Shown: positions 10,463 through 20,522 of the stretch, piece after piece | How the letters are laid out: every line of letters begins with the position of its first letter | How positions within the stretch are numbered: the stretch's first letter is position 1 | Notes under the pieces: model-generated | Seen by the model: the letters and a program-made list of their open reading frames with translations, nothing else | Database searches by the model: none | What the model was told of the DNA's origin: nothing | Program-made: the position numbers and the translations under genes | Source: Nitrosopumilaceae archaeon | Lineage (GTDB): Archaea > Thermoproteota > Nitrososphaeria > Nitrososphaerales > Nitrosopumilaceae | Length of the DNA stretch: 64,000 bases | Reading direction: 5' to 3' | Assembly: GCA_965207375.1 (NCBI GenBank) | Contig: OZ242274.1 | Span: 1,280,001 to 1,344,000 of the forward strand

Positions 10463-11569
10463 ATGAGCAATTGGGACCTAATGATGCCCGGCATGGGCCT
10501 TACGTCAATTGGTTTGGCAGGCGTTGTTTTAGCATATGCCGAAATTGCTCATACATTTATTGACGGATTGCACGCCTTGGCAGGTCTTACTATGTTTATC
10601 GGCCTGATAATTTTGGCAGTTGGAATCTTAGATGGGGGAGTCTCCACTAGCAATAGGGCAAAGGCCACAGTTTTGGTCATACTGTCAATTTCGCTGGGAT
10701 TTGGCGCATATGCATTCATATTTAATACTGTAAGCACTACGGGAATATTTGCAGGAATTTTAATGGCAATTGCAGCACCTGCAACAATTATTGCATACAT
10801 TTCAATGAAGCACCCGGAGGTTTTAAAGCCCATATCTGCAATTTTTATCATGGGCTCAATTGCAGGCATTGCAGCATTTGTTGTATTTGGGGTTGTAGGG
10901 CCATCACCATATCTGATTTCAGAGGAGGTAATAGTAGAAGAGATTCTAGAAGAGCCGAGTCAAGCTCAGCTTAATCTGCCCGAATTTAGGATTGCAATGT
11001 TAGAAGGCTCTGCACAACAAGGTGCCCCCGACTATGATCCTGATGAGGCAAGGGTGCCGCAGGGCCACGTCGTAGTTTGGGTAAATGAAGATTCTGTTGC
11101 CCATACTGCAACTAGCCAGGACGACTTTGGCGATACATTTGACACGAGTCTGATTGATAACGGTGAGGAGTATAGGTTAGACACAACGGATTTAGCAGTA
11201 GGACAATATCCTTACTTTTGCATCGTGCATCCGTGGATGTCTTCTGTTTTAATTATAGAAGACCCAAATGAATCTGCAACTGTTGAGGTTTTGATTCCGG
11301 GTGGTGCAGGAGTATTGCAGCAGGGCCAAATATACTATGACCCTGAGACAATTGAGATAGCTGCAGGCACTACAGTTGTCTGGACTAATGATGATATTGC
11401 AGCACATACTGTAACCTCAGGCAGCACGGCTGATGGAATCTCTGATTTGTTTGACTCTGGATTGATGCCAAAAGATGCCGTATTTGAGCAGACATTTGAT
11501 GACGCAGGAGAGTTTGATTACTTTTGCATACTGCACCCTTGGATGGAAGGAACAGTAATAGTGAATTAA
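10463..11569 (+). CDS. Membrane protein with two plastocyanin/azurin-type cupredoxin domains
   Basis: ~5 TM helices, then twice W.N.D..AHT.TS ... YFC.(V/L)HPWM type-1 copper ligand set. Confidence 0.9.
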   Translation: MSNWDLMMPGMGLTSIGLAGVVLAYAEIAHTFIDGLHALAGLTMFIGLIILAVGILDGGVSTSNRAKATVLVILSISLGFGAYAFIFNTVSTTGIFAGILMAIAAPATIIAYISMKHPEVLKPISAIFIMGSIAGIAAFVVFGVVGPSPYLISEEVIVEEILEEPSQAQLNLPEFRIAMLEGSAQQGAPDYDPDEARVPQGHVVVWVNEDSVAHTATSQDDFGDTFDTSLIDNGEEYRLDTTDLAVGQYPYFCIVHPWMSSVLIIEDPNESATVEVLIPGGAGVLQQGQIYYDPETIEIAAGTTVVWTNDDIAAHTVTSGSTADGISDLFDSGLMPKDAVFEQTFDDAGEFDYFCILHPWMEGTVIVN

Positions 11570-11571
11570 GC

Positions 11572-11976
11572 TTGATAAATGCAATACACATAACAGATGC
11601 CCAAAAACAAATTCTTGTAGGCCACGCACAAAAGTCTCATCCAAACGAGTCATGCGCCATACTTTATGGTACTATGAAATCATTACATGCCAAAATTGAA
11701 GATATCTTTTTTGCAGACAATGCAGACGAGTCTCCAACTAGCTTTACAATCTCAAATGAACAGCTAATTGAAGCATACAAAAAGGCAAAAGACTGCAATA
11801 CTTCTGTAATTGGCATATTTCACTCACATCCTGGCTCAGAGGCAAGACCCTCAGATACGGATAAAAAATTCATGGAGATAAATCCAATAGTGTGGCTAAT
11901 TTATTCTGGAATTGATGATGATTTTAGGGCCTATGTTTTAGAAAAAGACATACGAGAAATTGAGGTTACGTGTTAG
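11572..11976 (+). CDS. JAMM/Mov34 (M67) metalloprotease
   Basis: PNESCAIL and IFHSHP...PSDTD JAMM motif; TTG start at 11572 assumed. Confidence 0.88.
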   Translation: MINAIHITDAQKQILVGHAQKSHPNESCAILYGTMKSLHAKIEDIFFADNADESPTSFTISNEQLIEAYKKAKDCNTSVIGIFHSHPGSEARPSDTDKKFMEINPIVWLIYSGIDDDFRAYVLEKDIREIEVTC

Positions 11977-12104
11977 GTTTTGTCAAGGATACCCTGCTGT
12001 AACGGTTCTTGATATCATTGCCGTAACCTGCACTCAGGCCTTGCATGCAGTTTCATGAATCTAAAAATCAGAGTAACTTTAGAAAGTCTATCTGATGCCA
12101 TTGA

Positions 12105-12236
12105 CTAGAGCAGCCTAAATAACAAAAGAGTCAGACCTACTAGAATTAATATTTCGGCGAGACCTACACGTGGCAGTATTCTTGTATTGCCTACCTTTCT
12201 CAGAGTAGTGGTTACTTTGGTTGAATTTATCGCCAT
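12105..12236 (-). CDS. Putative 43-aa small membrane protein
   Basis: MAINSTKVTTTLRKVGNTRILPRVGLAEILILVGLTLLLFRLL; ATAAATA box ~22-28 nt upstream of the ATG. Confidence 0.45.
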   Translation of the reverse strand: MAINSTKVTTTLRKVGNTRILPRVGLAEILILVGLTLLLFRLL

Positions 12237-12279
12237 AACAAATATAATCTACAATAATATTTATGCGTAGTGATTTTAA

Positions 12280-12380
12280 CAGCTAAGCGAAATGTGATCT
12301 AAATTCTTACCCCGCCCATATTGTTCTATTTGCATTTAGGAATAGATTTTAGCCTATTTTATCCACATTTCGTTTAGCTG
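12280..12380. mobile_element. 101-bp MITE-like element
   Basis: 17-bp TIR CAGCTAA(G/A)CGAAATGTG at both ends; TTTAA direct repeat at 12275-12279 and 12381-12385. Confidence 0.6.
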
Positions 12381-12835
12381 TTTAAAAAAGAATGCAATGC
12401 AAACTCGTGTAATCAGGCACGTAATGTCATAATAATTGGATTTATAGTTCCAATCTTTTTTGTGATTACTACGTGTCGCTGAACTTAACCTCTTACCGGA
12501 TTCAAATCAACAATTATATCATATTTGGAAAAAAGATGAAAAATAATTAAAAAACGAGATAATAATTGAGATTAAAAATTCACTGGAGCATATAGCACAT
12601 ATCGGACACGTTGACATGAGCATACTGCAAAGTTTGGATAAATTAAGACAAATACTGGAAACATCAAAGACAAAATGGTTAGAAATGTCAAACTCTGACG
12701 GGTTTTATTTTTATCAGGCACTGAGGAACATTGAGTTGGTACTAGGAAAAATGGAGTATCACTTTAAAAATTCTAAACATGCAAACGATAATCCAAAGAT
12801 TGCAGAGGATGCCTTGATGCTACTGCCATCCGTAG

Positions 12836-14311
12836 TAGTTAGTGTTATAACCCCTCTCTATTTCCACATGAGGGACATAGTACACCAATGTTCAAGTCGT
12901 ATGTTTATGCTATTGCCCTCCTTTGTACCTGTAACATCTTGTTGTAGATGTGTACCTTGAGATTAATCTCTTGTATGATGTTTTCCCACGTTACAGCAGA
13001 TACCGAATCACCAAACAGTCGCTTAATTGATGATATTACTATCTCAACTATCCATCTTTTGCCATATTGCACCCTTTTTTTCCAGACCTTCCTGTTTGCC
13101 TCGCGTTCTTCTTTTGTCAGCTGTGCAAATTTTTTAGGATCTGATACATCACCACCTAGTTGATCAATGGCTGCAAGAGTACGATCCCTACTGACACCAT
13201 CTGAACGCGTATTTGCATTGTGTTTTATTCTGATGCATGGTTTGATTTTTAGCTTTTTACATAATGCAAATATTTTACGCGAGTCAAACCCACCGTCTGC
13301 CCGCACGACTATTTTTAATTCATCCAATAATTCATTATTCAGAGATTGATATTCTTGCATGTCGTCTTCATCTTTCTGTGAATCTGCAATTGGATGTTCT
13401 GGGTCATCTGCTTTTTGACATGCTGATTGATCCTCATTTGATTTCTCTGCTTGGTTAATTCTGTCTGCAACATCTATACCGCAGTTTTCTAGTGCAGTAC
13501 ACGTAAGTTCCTCAAACTGTGGGGCCTCACCTATCCTTTCATCTGTTACGCTAAAGGAGAGTATCTCACGCGTGTCAGTATCTACAACAATGACAAACCT
13601 GATGAATCCGTGCTGTACTTTGTGCCTGTACCTGATGTATTCGCTTCTCTTACTAGGACTGAGACCAGTACCATCAGGTGCAAGATGAAGTGCACTCTTT
13701 TTGCCTTGTGCCGTAATGAGGTCATCTTTGATTGACACCTTGACGGTTTTCATTCTTTTTTGGATCTGACTAAAGCTTGGAACATACTCTTGGCCTAGTG
13801 CCTCTGTTGCAAAGCCTTCTAGTATGCGATAGGATAATCCACAAAATGCCCTCATTGTTGCAAGAGCTAGTATTGTAGATTCTGCGTATCTGTAAGGGTG
13901 ACCGTTTTTCTTTTTGTTGGCTCTTTTGAGTTCATCGTCATGATCTGGATTTTTTTTGGGATATATCATGCGTCCAACTGCTAGATATCTTGCATCGTTT
14001 TGTGCATTGGTCATCTTTAGACGTGATTTTTGCTTTGGTTTACTCGAAACTTTTTGCTCTGTCAATATTGTGACCTCCTGTAAATCATGTACCAGGCGTT
14101 GCCGAAGATTTTATACCTCCTTGGTTTGTATTGTATCAGGATTGTTTGCTCATCTCTTATGTGCAATCTGAGATGAGTAGGCAATCCTACTATTTGGATC
14201 TGAAAGGTCAAACTTTGTCTATTATATCATCAAATTGATTTCTCCCAGACCGAATCTGGCCTGAAAATTGCAAATTTTGAAAAATTCTAGGCAGGGTTAT
14301 AACACAAACTA
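12836..14311 (-). mobile_element. Complete IS5-family element (IS903/ISH1-like), 1476 bp
   Basis: 18-bp TIR TAGTT(A/T)GTGTTATAACCC; 8-bp TSD ATCCGTAG at 12828-12835 and 14312-14319. Confidence 0.93.
12905..14065 (-). CDS. IS5-family DDE transposase
   Basis: LAPDGTG, VRADGGFDS, YGKRWIVEIVISSIKRLFG; AGGAGGT upstream of the TTG start. Confidence 0.92.
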   Translation of the reverse strand: MTEQKVSSKPKQKSRLKMTNAQNDARYLAVGRMIYPKKNPDHDDELKRANKKKNGHPYRYAESTILALATMRAFCGLSYRILEGFATEALGQEYVPSFSQIQKRMKTVKVSIKDDLITAQGKKSALHLAPDGTGLSPSKRSEYIRYRHKVQHGFIRFVIVVDTDTREILSFSVTDERIGEAPQFEELTCTALENCGIDVADRINQAEKSNEDQSACQKADDPEHPIADSQKDEDDMQEYQSLNNELLDELKIVVRADGGFDSRKIFALCKKLKIKPCIRIKHNANTRSDGVSRDRTLAAIDQLGGDVSDPKKFAQLTKEEREANRKVWKKRVQYGKRWIVEIVISSIKRLFGDSVSAVTWENIIQEINLKVHIYNKMLQVQRRAIA

Positions 14312-14593
14312 ATCCGTAGATAACCTACTAAACACCGCCCAAAAATTCTACACTAGTGAAGAGACAATCAATCATGTGTTAAAACAAACACAGCATTTAC
14401 GCAAGCCGTTTTATCGCCTCTACTTCCTCTTCATAGTCTAGTTCATATTGTCTTTCACTGTCATGATCAATGTTATGCATACAACCACTATTTTATCATC
14501 TGAAATATTACTCATATGATAACCAATTTTGTAATTGTTAACGTCCTACCGTCTTCTAGATCATGTATGGCAAAATCACCTTTCCAATAAATC

Positions 14594-14694
14594 GTATCTG
14601 TTAACGTTGTTTTGCATTTATGGTATTTTTAGACACAAAATTACTTTATTATCAAAAAATAGAACAAAAATCTAGACCTGATGTTAACATTTAC
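14594..14694 (+). repeat. ~100-bp dispersed structured repeat, copy 1
   Basis: GTATCTGTTAAC...TTTATGGTATTTTTAGACACAAAATTAC...GATGTTAACATTTAC; aligns with copies at 20360, 25335, 37552. Confidence 0.85.
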
Positions 14695-14801
14695 AATCTT
14701 TCCTATGACAACTCAAATTCATGTCTTGACCTATAGCTGGCAGTTAACGCAAAAAACTCGTTTGATCCTTGAATTAAATATCCCTTTTATCTAGAGCATG
14801 C

Positions 14802-15059
14802 ATGGAAATTCACGTATACGATACATACGTAAAAGCAAAAGACGGCCATACCATGCACTTTGACGTTATCACAAAGGAAAAGGATCACGACAAGGCATTA
14901 GAGTATGCAAAAACATGGCTGTCATCAGTTGACGAAGGCGAATCTGTTGTAACTACCGAAGAGTGCCAATTCTGTCACTCACAAGCAGCACCTGCACCAG
15001 TCGTTGAAGCAATTGAAAAAGACGGATACTTTATCCAAAAAATGGAAGGCTGTCCTTAG
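14802..15059 (+). CDS. DUF2024 family protein
   Basis: MEIHVYDTYVKAKDGHTMHFDV...ECQFCHS signature. Confidence 0.85.
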   Translation: MEIHVYDTYVKAKDGHTMHFDVITKEKDHDKALEYAKTWLSSVDEGESVVTTEECQFCHSQAAPAPVVEAIEKDGYFIQKMEGCP

Positions 15060-15112
15060 ACACCTCTTTTCCTTTTTTCAAAGTTTTTATTATAATTAAG
15101 AGTATTTCATAT

Positions 15113-15292
15113 GTGAAAATACAATATTCCAAACTAACAGTTGAAGGAGACAAAAAAACAAGATGGATTTGCGGCTGCTTTGAAACTATAGATGGATATT
15201 TCAAATTCTGTGCAAAGCATGACAGTACCATGACTAGGGCAATCAAATCACAAATTGATGATCTTGATATGACTATAGTAGTAAATGATTAA
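15113..15292 (+). CDS. Small hypothetical protein with CxC/CxxH motifs
   Basis: Below the track cut-off: MKIQYSKLTVEGDKKTRWICGCFETIDGYFKFCAKHDSTMTRAIKSQIDDLDMTIVVND; stop overlaps hppA stop (TTAA). Confidence 0.65.
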   Translation: MKIQYSKLTVEGDKKTRWICGCFETIDGYFKFCAKHDSTMTRAIKSQIDDLDMTIVVND

Positions 15293-17334
15293 AGCGCAAT
15301 GATTGCAACAAATGTTGATACAAACACAATTGCAATTGTGTTTAACAGCTTGATTACTGTGTTCAGTGCAGGACCTGCCGTATCCTTGTAAGGGTCACCT
15401 ATGATGTCCCCTACAACTGCAACCTTGTGTATCTCACTTCCTTTTTCTCCTCGCATTTCTACAAGTTTTTTGGCATTATCCCATGCACCGCCGGTATTTG
15501 CTAGGTGATATGCAAGAAAGATTCCAGTAACTACAGATCCCATCAAGAGTCCTGCAACTGCTGTGGGTCCAAGTAAAACTCCCAAAATAATGGGCGATAT
15601 AATTGCAATAATTGCAGGCTTCCATAGTTCCTTGATTGAGGCCACAGTTGCAATATCGACACATTTGGCATAATTTGGAGTTGATTCTCCGGTAAGAATT
15701 TTTGGGTCTGCCTTGAACTGTCTTCTTACCTCGTCTACCATTTTGCCTGCTGCCCTAGATACTCCATTGATCAGCTGTCCTGTAATGATAAATGGAATCA
15801 ATCCGCCTACTAATAGTCCGACAACTACTGCCGGATTAGTTAGGCTATAATCTAGATCCAAAATACCTGCAAATACGTGGGCTGCCTCAAATTGAAATGC
15901 CTGAATCATTGCAAGAGCTGCGAGAGCCGCACTTGCTATTGCAAATCCCTTAGTCACTGCTTTTGTGGTGTTGCCTACTGCATCAATTTCATCAGTAACC
16001 TTGCGATTTTCTTCACCCATTCCAGTCATCTCTACTATGCCGCCTGCATTATCTGCAATGGGCCCAAACGCATCAATGCTTAGTACGATTCCTGCCAGAC
16101 TCAGCATTGCCATGGCAGTCAATGATGTTCCAAATATTCCATAAAGAACAGGGTCTGCACCCTCTGGGGCAGCTGCTGCTGATATACTAAATGATACTAT
16201 AATTGCCACAACTAGTGCAATCATAAATGGCCCAGTTGACTGTAGTCCTTTGATAATGCCCATCAATGTCAATGATGCATATCCCCATTTTGCAGCGTCT
16301 GCAATCTCATTTACAGGGCCATATTTGTAATTTGTATATCTGTCGGTAATTTTCTGAATTACAGGTACTAAAATGACGCCAATTACTGTTGCTCCAAAGA
16401 GGGCGTATGCTGCTGCGTTATCTGAGATGAACTGCTGTGTAAAAAAGTAGTTTAGACCTATAGCAATTCCTGCTGAGACATAAAATGAGCGATTAAGTGG
16501 TTTCATAACGTCTGTGACTCCTTTGGAGCCTACAATTACAACGCCTATGATTGAGGCAATCATTCCAGAGGCTCCAATCAAAATCGGATACAGGAATAAT
16601 TCGGGTGCTCCAATTAGTGCAGTGATTAACAACGCTGCCAAAATTGTAACGATATACGACTCGTAAACATCAGAACCCATGCCTGCAGCATCGCCTACGT
16701 TATCGCCCACATTGTCTGCAATTGTTGCTGGATTTCTTGGGTCGTCTTCAGGTATGTTGGCCTCTACCTTTCCTACTAGGTCTGCTCCCATGTCTGCAGC
16801 CTTTGTAAATATGCCTCCGCCGATTCTGATAAACAATGCAATCAGGCTTGCGCCGATTCCAACGCCTGCTATGGTAATTGGATCCTGATAAATAAGATAT
16901 AGTCCGGTAATTGCCAAAAGTGCCATGGCAGGAACTGCTAGGCCTACTGTGGCTCCGCCTCTAAACGCCATGACAAACGTTTTGCCTAGTCCGCTACTGC
17001 TAAGATTTGCAGCCCTTACTGCTGCCTTTACTGTAATTTTCAATGATATTATGCCTGCTACTGCAGACAGTGTTGCACCTACTGCAAATGCGATACCATT
17101 AGAATATTGCAAAAATGCGCCAATTATGACAGATAACGCAATTGCTACCGGAATTATAATCTTCATCTCTCTTTTTAAAAATGCTGCTGCTCCCACTCTG
17201 ACTGCATCTGATATGGCCTGCATCTCCTTGGTACCGGGATCCTGCTTTACAATCCATGCAACTAATCCTCCTGCCACGCCAAATGATGCAATACCTGCGA
17301 TAATTGGCAACAATTCGGCAATACCAAATTCCAT
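15289..17334 (-). CDS. hppA: Membrane-bound H+-translocating pyrophosphatase, K+-independent type
   Basis: DMGADLVGKVE, EDDPRN, DNVGDNVGD; GNTTKA (Lys marks the K+-independent type). Confidence 0.95.
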   Translation of the reverse strand: MEFGIAELLPIIAGIASFGVAGGLVAWIVKQDPGTKEMQAISDAVRVGAAAFLKREMKIIIPVAIALSVIIGAFLQYSNGIAFAVGATLSAVAGIISLKITVKAAVRAANLSSSGLGKTFVMAFRGGATVGLAVPAMALLAITGLYLIYQDPITIAGVGIGASLIALFIRIGGGIFTKAADMGADLVGKVEANIPEDDPRNPATIADNVGDNVGDAAGMGSDVYESYIVTILAALLITALIGAPELFLYPILIGASGMIASIIGVVIVGSKGVTDVMKPLNRSFYVSAGIAIGLNYFFTQQFISDNAAAYALFGATVIGVILVPVIQKITDRYTNYKYGPVNEIADAAKWGYASLTLMGIIKGLQSTGPFMIALVVAIIVSFSISAAAAPEGADPVLYGIFGTSLTAMAMLSLAGIVLSIDAFGPIADNAGGIVEMTGMGEENRKVTDEIDAVGNTTKAVTKGFAIASAALAALAMIQAFQFEAAHVFAGILDLDYSLTNPAVVVGLLVGGLIPFIITGQLINGVSRAAGKMVDEVRRQFKADPKILTGESTPNYAKCVDIATVASIKELWKPAIIAIISPIILGVLLGPTAVAGLLMGSVVTGIFLAYHLANTGGAWDNAKKLVEMRGEKGSEIHKVAVVGDIIGDPYKDTAGPALNTVIKLLNTIAIVFVSTFVAIIAL

Positions 17335-17370
17335 ATTCTATCAGCTTTGCCTTTTACTGTGAAATATAAA

Positions 17371-17745
17371 TCATAAAGAGCTATGGGTTCGCTTTTTGTA
17401 TGGTGCAAATCTCTTACCCCTCAAGCCTCCTCTGACCAGCTTGTTAAAGCGCTTGCCGTGAGCCAGATATGGAAATCTCATATGGATCAGTTCATGAACT
17501 ATGGTGTTTTCAAGTGTCTTTTCGTCAGGTATTTTTCTAACGTTTATGAAAACCATATTGTGTTGTAAATAAGACACGCCGTAATACTTGTATGCCGATG
17601 TACGTCTACCTTGGGTCATCTCTTTTGGTGCATCTAGAACCTCCTTTGTGGTCAACAGTACATGTGGCTCTATAATTGAAAAACGACTAGAGTAAATTCC
17701 AATTTTTTCTAAAATCAAAAGACGCAGTTCGGGATCCAGCTTCAT
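17371..17745 (-). CDS. Small zincin-like protein (HExxH)
   Basis: TIVHELIHMRFPYLAHGKRF. Confidence 0.7.
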   Translation of the reverse strand: MKLDPELRLLILEKIGIYSSRFSIIEPHVLLTTKEVLDAPKEMTQGRRTSAYKYYGVSYLQHNMVFINVRKIPDEKTLENTIVHELIHMRFPYLAHGKRFNKLVRGGLRGKRFAPYKKRTHSSL

Positions 17746-17986
17746 ACAGTACCTTGATGTATTGTGCCTATATTTTCAAATGTCAAAAGTTACTCTAGAT
17801 TTGGTTGAATTGAATTATCTGTCACTATTTGTTCTTTGATGCTTGTTTACGTAATAGTTCTAATTTGTGCTCAAGTGGTGATATAATGATTGAAAAATTA
17901 TGTATAATGTGAACATGTAAATTAAATTTTGATTAAAGGGTCAGAAATTAGTATGTGTAATCATCAATCATACAGCCACCGGCTCA

Positions 17987-18493
17987 TCATTCCCCTGGTT
18001 TCATTGAATCAACTAGTCTTTGTGTTTTTTGTCTTATTTTGTCATCTATGCAAACTATTACCATTCCCTCATTTGGCTGGCCATAAAGTACAACAGAATT
18101 ATCAGGTGCATAAATGCAGACAGGAAGCACTAACAGGTCTTCCTCACCTGTAACCTCTAGTCTGACAGGAACACTAGACAAAAACGCTTTTTTGATTTTT
18201 GAAACGCTTTGATCAGTTATTTGTCCTGCAGGATTTTGACACGTCATCTTAATTGTCCCTGTTGCAAGTTTGGGCTGATTCCTGTAAAGCCTCCTTTCTT
18301 GACCGTCTGTAATCTGCAAATCAGCAACAATGCCAAACTCTATTAATTTTTCCGTAGTTTTATCGCCTACTGTAATGATGTGTGCCGCATTTGCAGTGTG
18401 TGCAGAAATTGACGCATAATTTACTTGGTTGTCTGGCACAAGCGTGCCAAGCGGCACCTTTAGCTCATCGCGAAGTGTTTGGGGTAGTTTCAC
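17987..18493 (-). CDS. GTP-dependent dephospho-CoA kinase (DUF359)
   Basis: LRDELKVPLG, ITVGDKTT, NPAGQI, GEEDLLVLP, YGQPNEG; GTG start at 18493. Confidence 0.88.
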   Translation of the reverse strand: MKLPQTLRDELKVPLGTLVPDNQVNYASISAHTANAAHIITVGDKTTEKLIEFGIVADLQITDGQERRLYRNQPKLATGTIKMTCQNPAGQITDQSVSKIKKAFLSSVPVRLEVTGEEDLLVLPVCIYAPDNSVVLYGQPNEGMVIVCIDDKIRQKTQRLVDSMKPGE

Positions 18494-18500
18494 AGACAAT

Positions 18501-19616
18501 CTAGCTTTGCGGGGTATTTTCGTTTTCTGTTTGGCTTTTGGCCTCATCTTGTGCCATTTCCTCTTGTAGTTTTGCAGCCAATATGCTGCACTGTGCTGCA
18601 ATGTTTTTGGCAGCGGTTCTAAATGCTGCAGCACTTGGAGAATCTATATTGGTGATCATTATTGGCTTGCCCAAATCAGAACCTGACATGATTCCTGAAT
18701 TTAATGGAACATCGCCTAAAAATGGAATGTTAAACTGTTCGCTGATTTTTTTTGCGCCTCCGTCACCAAAAACATAATGTTTGTCATTGCAGTTTGGACA
18801 AATAAAGTGGCTCATGTTTTCAACAACTCCTATAATTGGCACGTTTAGCTTTTCAAACATTCCTATTGCCTTTGTTGCTACATTACTTGCCACATCTTGA
18901 GGGGTTGTAACAACTAGGATTCCGGTAATGGGAATGGTCTGTGCTAGTGTGAGTGGAATGTCTCCTGTACCAGGAGGCAAATCGACAATTAGATAATCTA
19001 GGTCAGACCAATTAGTGTCAACTAGAAACTGTTTTAAAATTCCAGAAATGATGGGACCTCTATATATTGCTGCCTGGTGTTCCTGTTCTGCAAAAAAACC
19101 AAATGAGACTACTTTTAGTCCATTAGAATCTGCAGGTTGTAGCTTGTTGTTATCTACCTCCATAAAGGCATCCTTCATTCCAAGCATTAACGGAATGCTT
19201 GGACCATAAATGTCTGCATCAAGTAAACCCACCTTTGCACCAGTTTGAGACAATGCTAGTGCAAGATTCAAAGATACTGTTGATTTACCAACTCCTCCCT
19301 TTCCGCTTGCAACGCCGATGATATTTTTAACAGTGGCCATTCCGGTGTCGTCATCTAAGGAGCGGCCCTCCATAACTTTGGCAGTCACGTTTAGCTCAAA
19401 GTTGGAAACGCCGTCTAGCTCTGAAATAACTTTGCGCACATCCTCTTCAATGTCTACATTAAACGGACATGCAGGTGTTGTTAATTCTAATGTAAATTTG
19501 AGGTCACCTTGATTTAGTTCCAAGTCTTTGATCATGCCCATTGAGACAATATCTTTTTTCAAATCTGGATCAATTACGGTACCTAGTTTTTCTAGAACTT
19601 GGTCAATGCCTACCAT
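18501..19616 (-). CDS. Mrp/NBP35 (ApbC) Fe-S cluster carrier ATPase with N-terminal DUF59
   Basis: LTTPACP, SGKGGVGKST, DADIYGPS, DLPPGTGD, ENMS..CPNC. Confidence 0.95.
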   Translation of the reverse strand: MVGIDQVLEKLGTVIDPDLKKDIVSMGMIKDLELNQGDLKFTLELTTPACPFNVDIEEDVRKVISELDGVSNFELNVTAKVMEGRSLDDDTGMATVKNIIGVASGKGGVGKSTVSLNLALALSQTGAKVGLLDADIYGPSIPLMLGMKDAFMEVDNNKLQPADSNGLKVVSFGFFAEQEHQAAIYRGPIISGILKQFLVDTNWSDLDYLIVDLPPGTGDIPLTLAQTIPITGILVVTTPQDVASNVATKAIGMFEKLNVPIIGVVENMSHFICPNCNDKHYVFGDGGAKKISEQFNIPFLGDVPLNSGIMSGSDLGKPIMITNIDSPSAAAFRTAAKNIAAQCSILAAKLQEEMAQDEAKSQTENENTPQS

Positions 19617-19848
19617 GAATCAAAAAATTATCCTGACATTATTTATTTTGTACACAAATTAGTTGACCCTAATTAATGTTAAAAGTTTAATCTATGCGTA
19701 TCACTATCTGATTCTAGGCATGACAGTGTCGTACATCTGCATCTATTTCAAATTTTATCTGGTATAGGCGTGATATTTTACAAACTCTAGAGATATTTTT
19801 TAAAAAACGGTGAACTATTAAGATCTTACATTAAACACACAAGACTGT

Positions 19849-20304
19849 ATGAAGCAACACACAAAGTGTAAAATTTATCCAATGATGTTGTCTGTAATAA
19901 TTGGACTGTCTCTACTTGCTCCAAGTGTGGTCATGCATGAGATTGGACACGCTGTTGCATGTGTTTGGCAAGGATTTGAGGTAATTGAGATCAATTTACT
20001 TTTGAGTTACATGATATGTTCCGAGTCAGACAATCAAATAGTCCATATTATGGGAGGTGCACTAGGTGGAGCCTCCATGTTGCCGTTTTTGTTGATAAAA
20101 AGAATCCGGAGTTACTTGCCTGTCTCACTTGGGCTAGTAACTGCTGCTATAACTCAGCTACTAAACATGATTCTGGAGGGATTTTCAAACTTGACATATA
20201 GGGCATTTGATCTTGAAAATTTGGTCTTTGCATTGGGGATTATCATGATAATATCACTTGTATTTTTACTTCGTTCTAGATTGTGTAAATATCATATTAT
20301 ATAA
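19849..20304 (+). CDS. Small integral membrane protein with HExGH motif (M50-like)
   Basis: VMHEIGHAVAC; ~4 hydrophobic segments. Confidence 0.6.
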   Translation: MKQHTKCKIYPMMLSVIIGLSLLAPSVVMHEIGHAVACVWQGFEVIEINLLLSYMICSESDNQIVHIMGGALGGASMLPFLLIKRIRSYLPVSLGLVTAAITQLLNMILEGFSNLTYRAFDLENLVFALGIIMIISLVFLLRSRLCKYHII

Positions 20305-20359
20305 TTGGTAAAATCTTTGGAGTCTTTGCCTTTTTTTGTCTAGTGCACTATATTATTTT

Positions 20360-20460
20360 GTATCTGTTAGTATCGTTTTGAATTTATGGTAATTTTAGAC
20401 ACCAAATTATTTTGCCGTCAAAAGATAGAATAAAAATTCAGGCGCGATGTTAACCCATAT
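20360..20460 (+). repeat. ~100-bp dispersed structured repeat, copy 2
   Basis: GTATCTGTTAGTATCGTTTTGAATTT...AAATTCAGGCGCGATGTTAAC. Confidence 0.85.
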
Positions 20461-20522
20461 TTTTTTGACGAATATAGTTACTTGTAATCTAACAATAAAT
20501 ATCGATTCAGCATTGTAAAAAC

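Larger units (their letters stand above)
12616..14441 (+). pseudogene. Hypothetical protein gene split by IS5 insertion
   Basis: Removing 12836-14319 joins ...LLPSV to DNLLNTAQKFYTSEETINHVLKQTQHLRKPFYRLYFLFIV* in frame. Confidence 0.75.
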
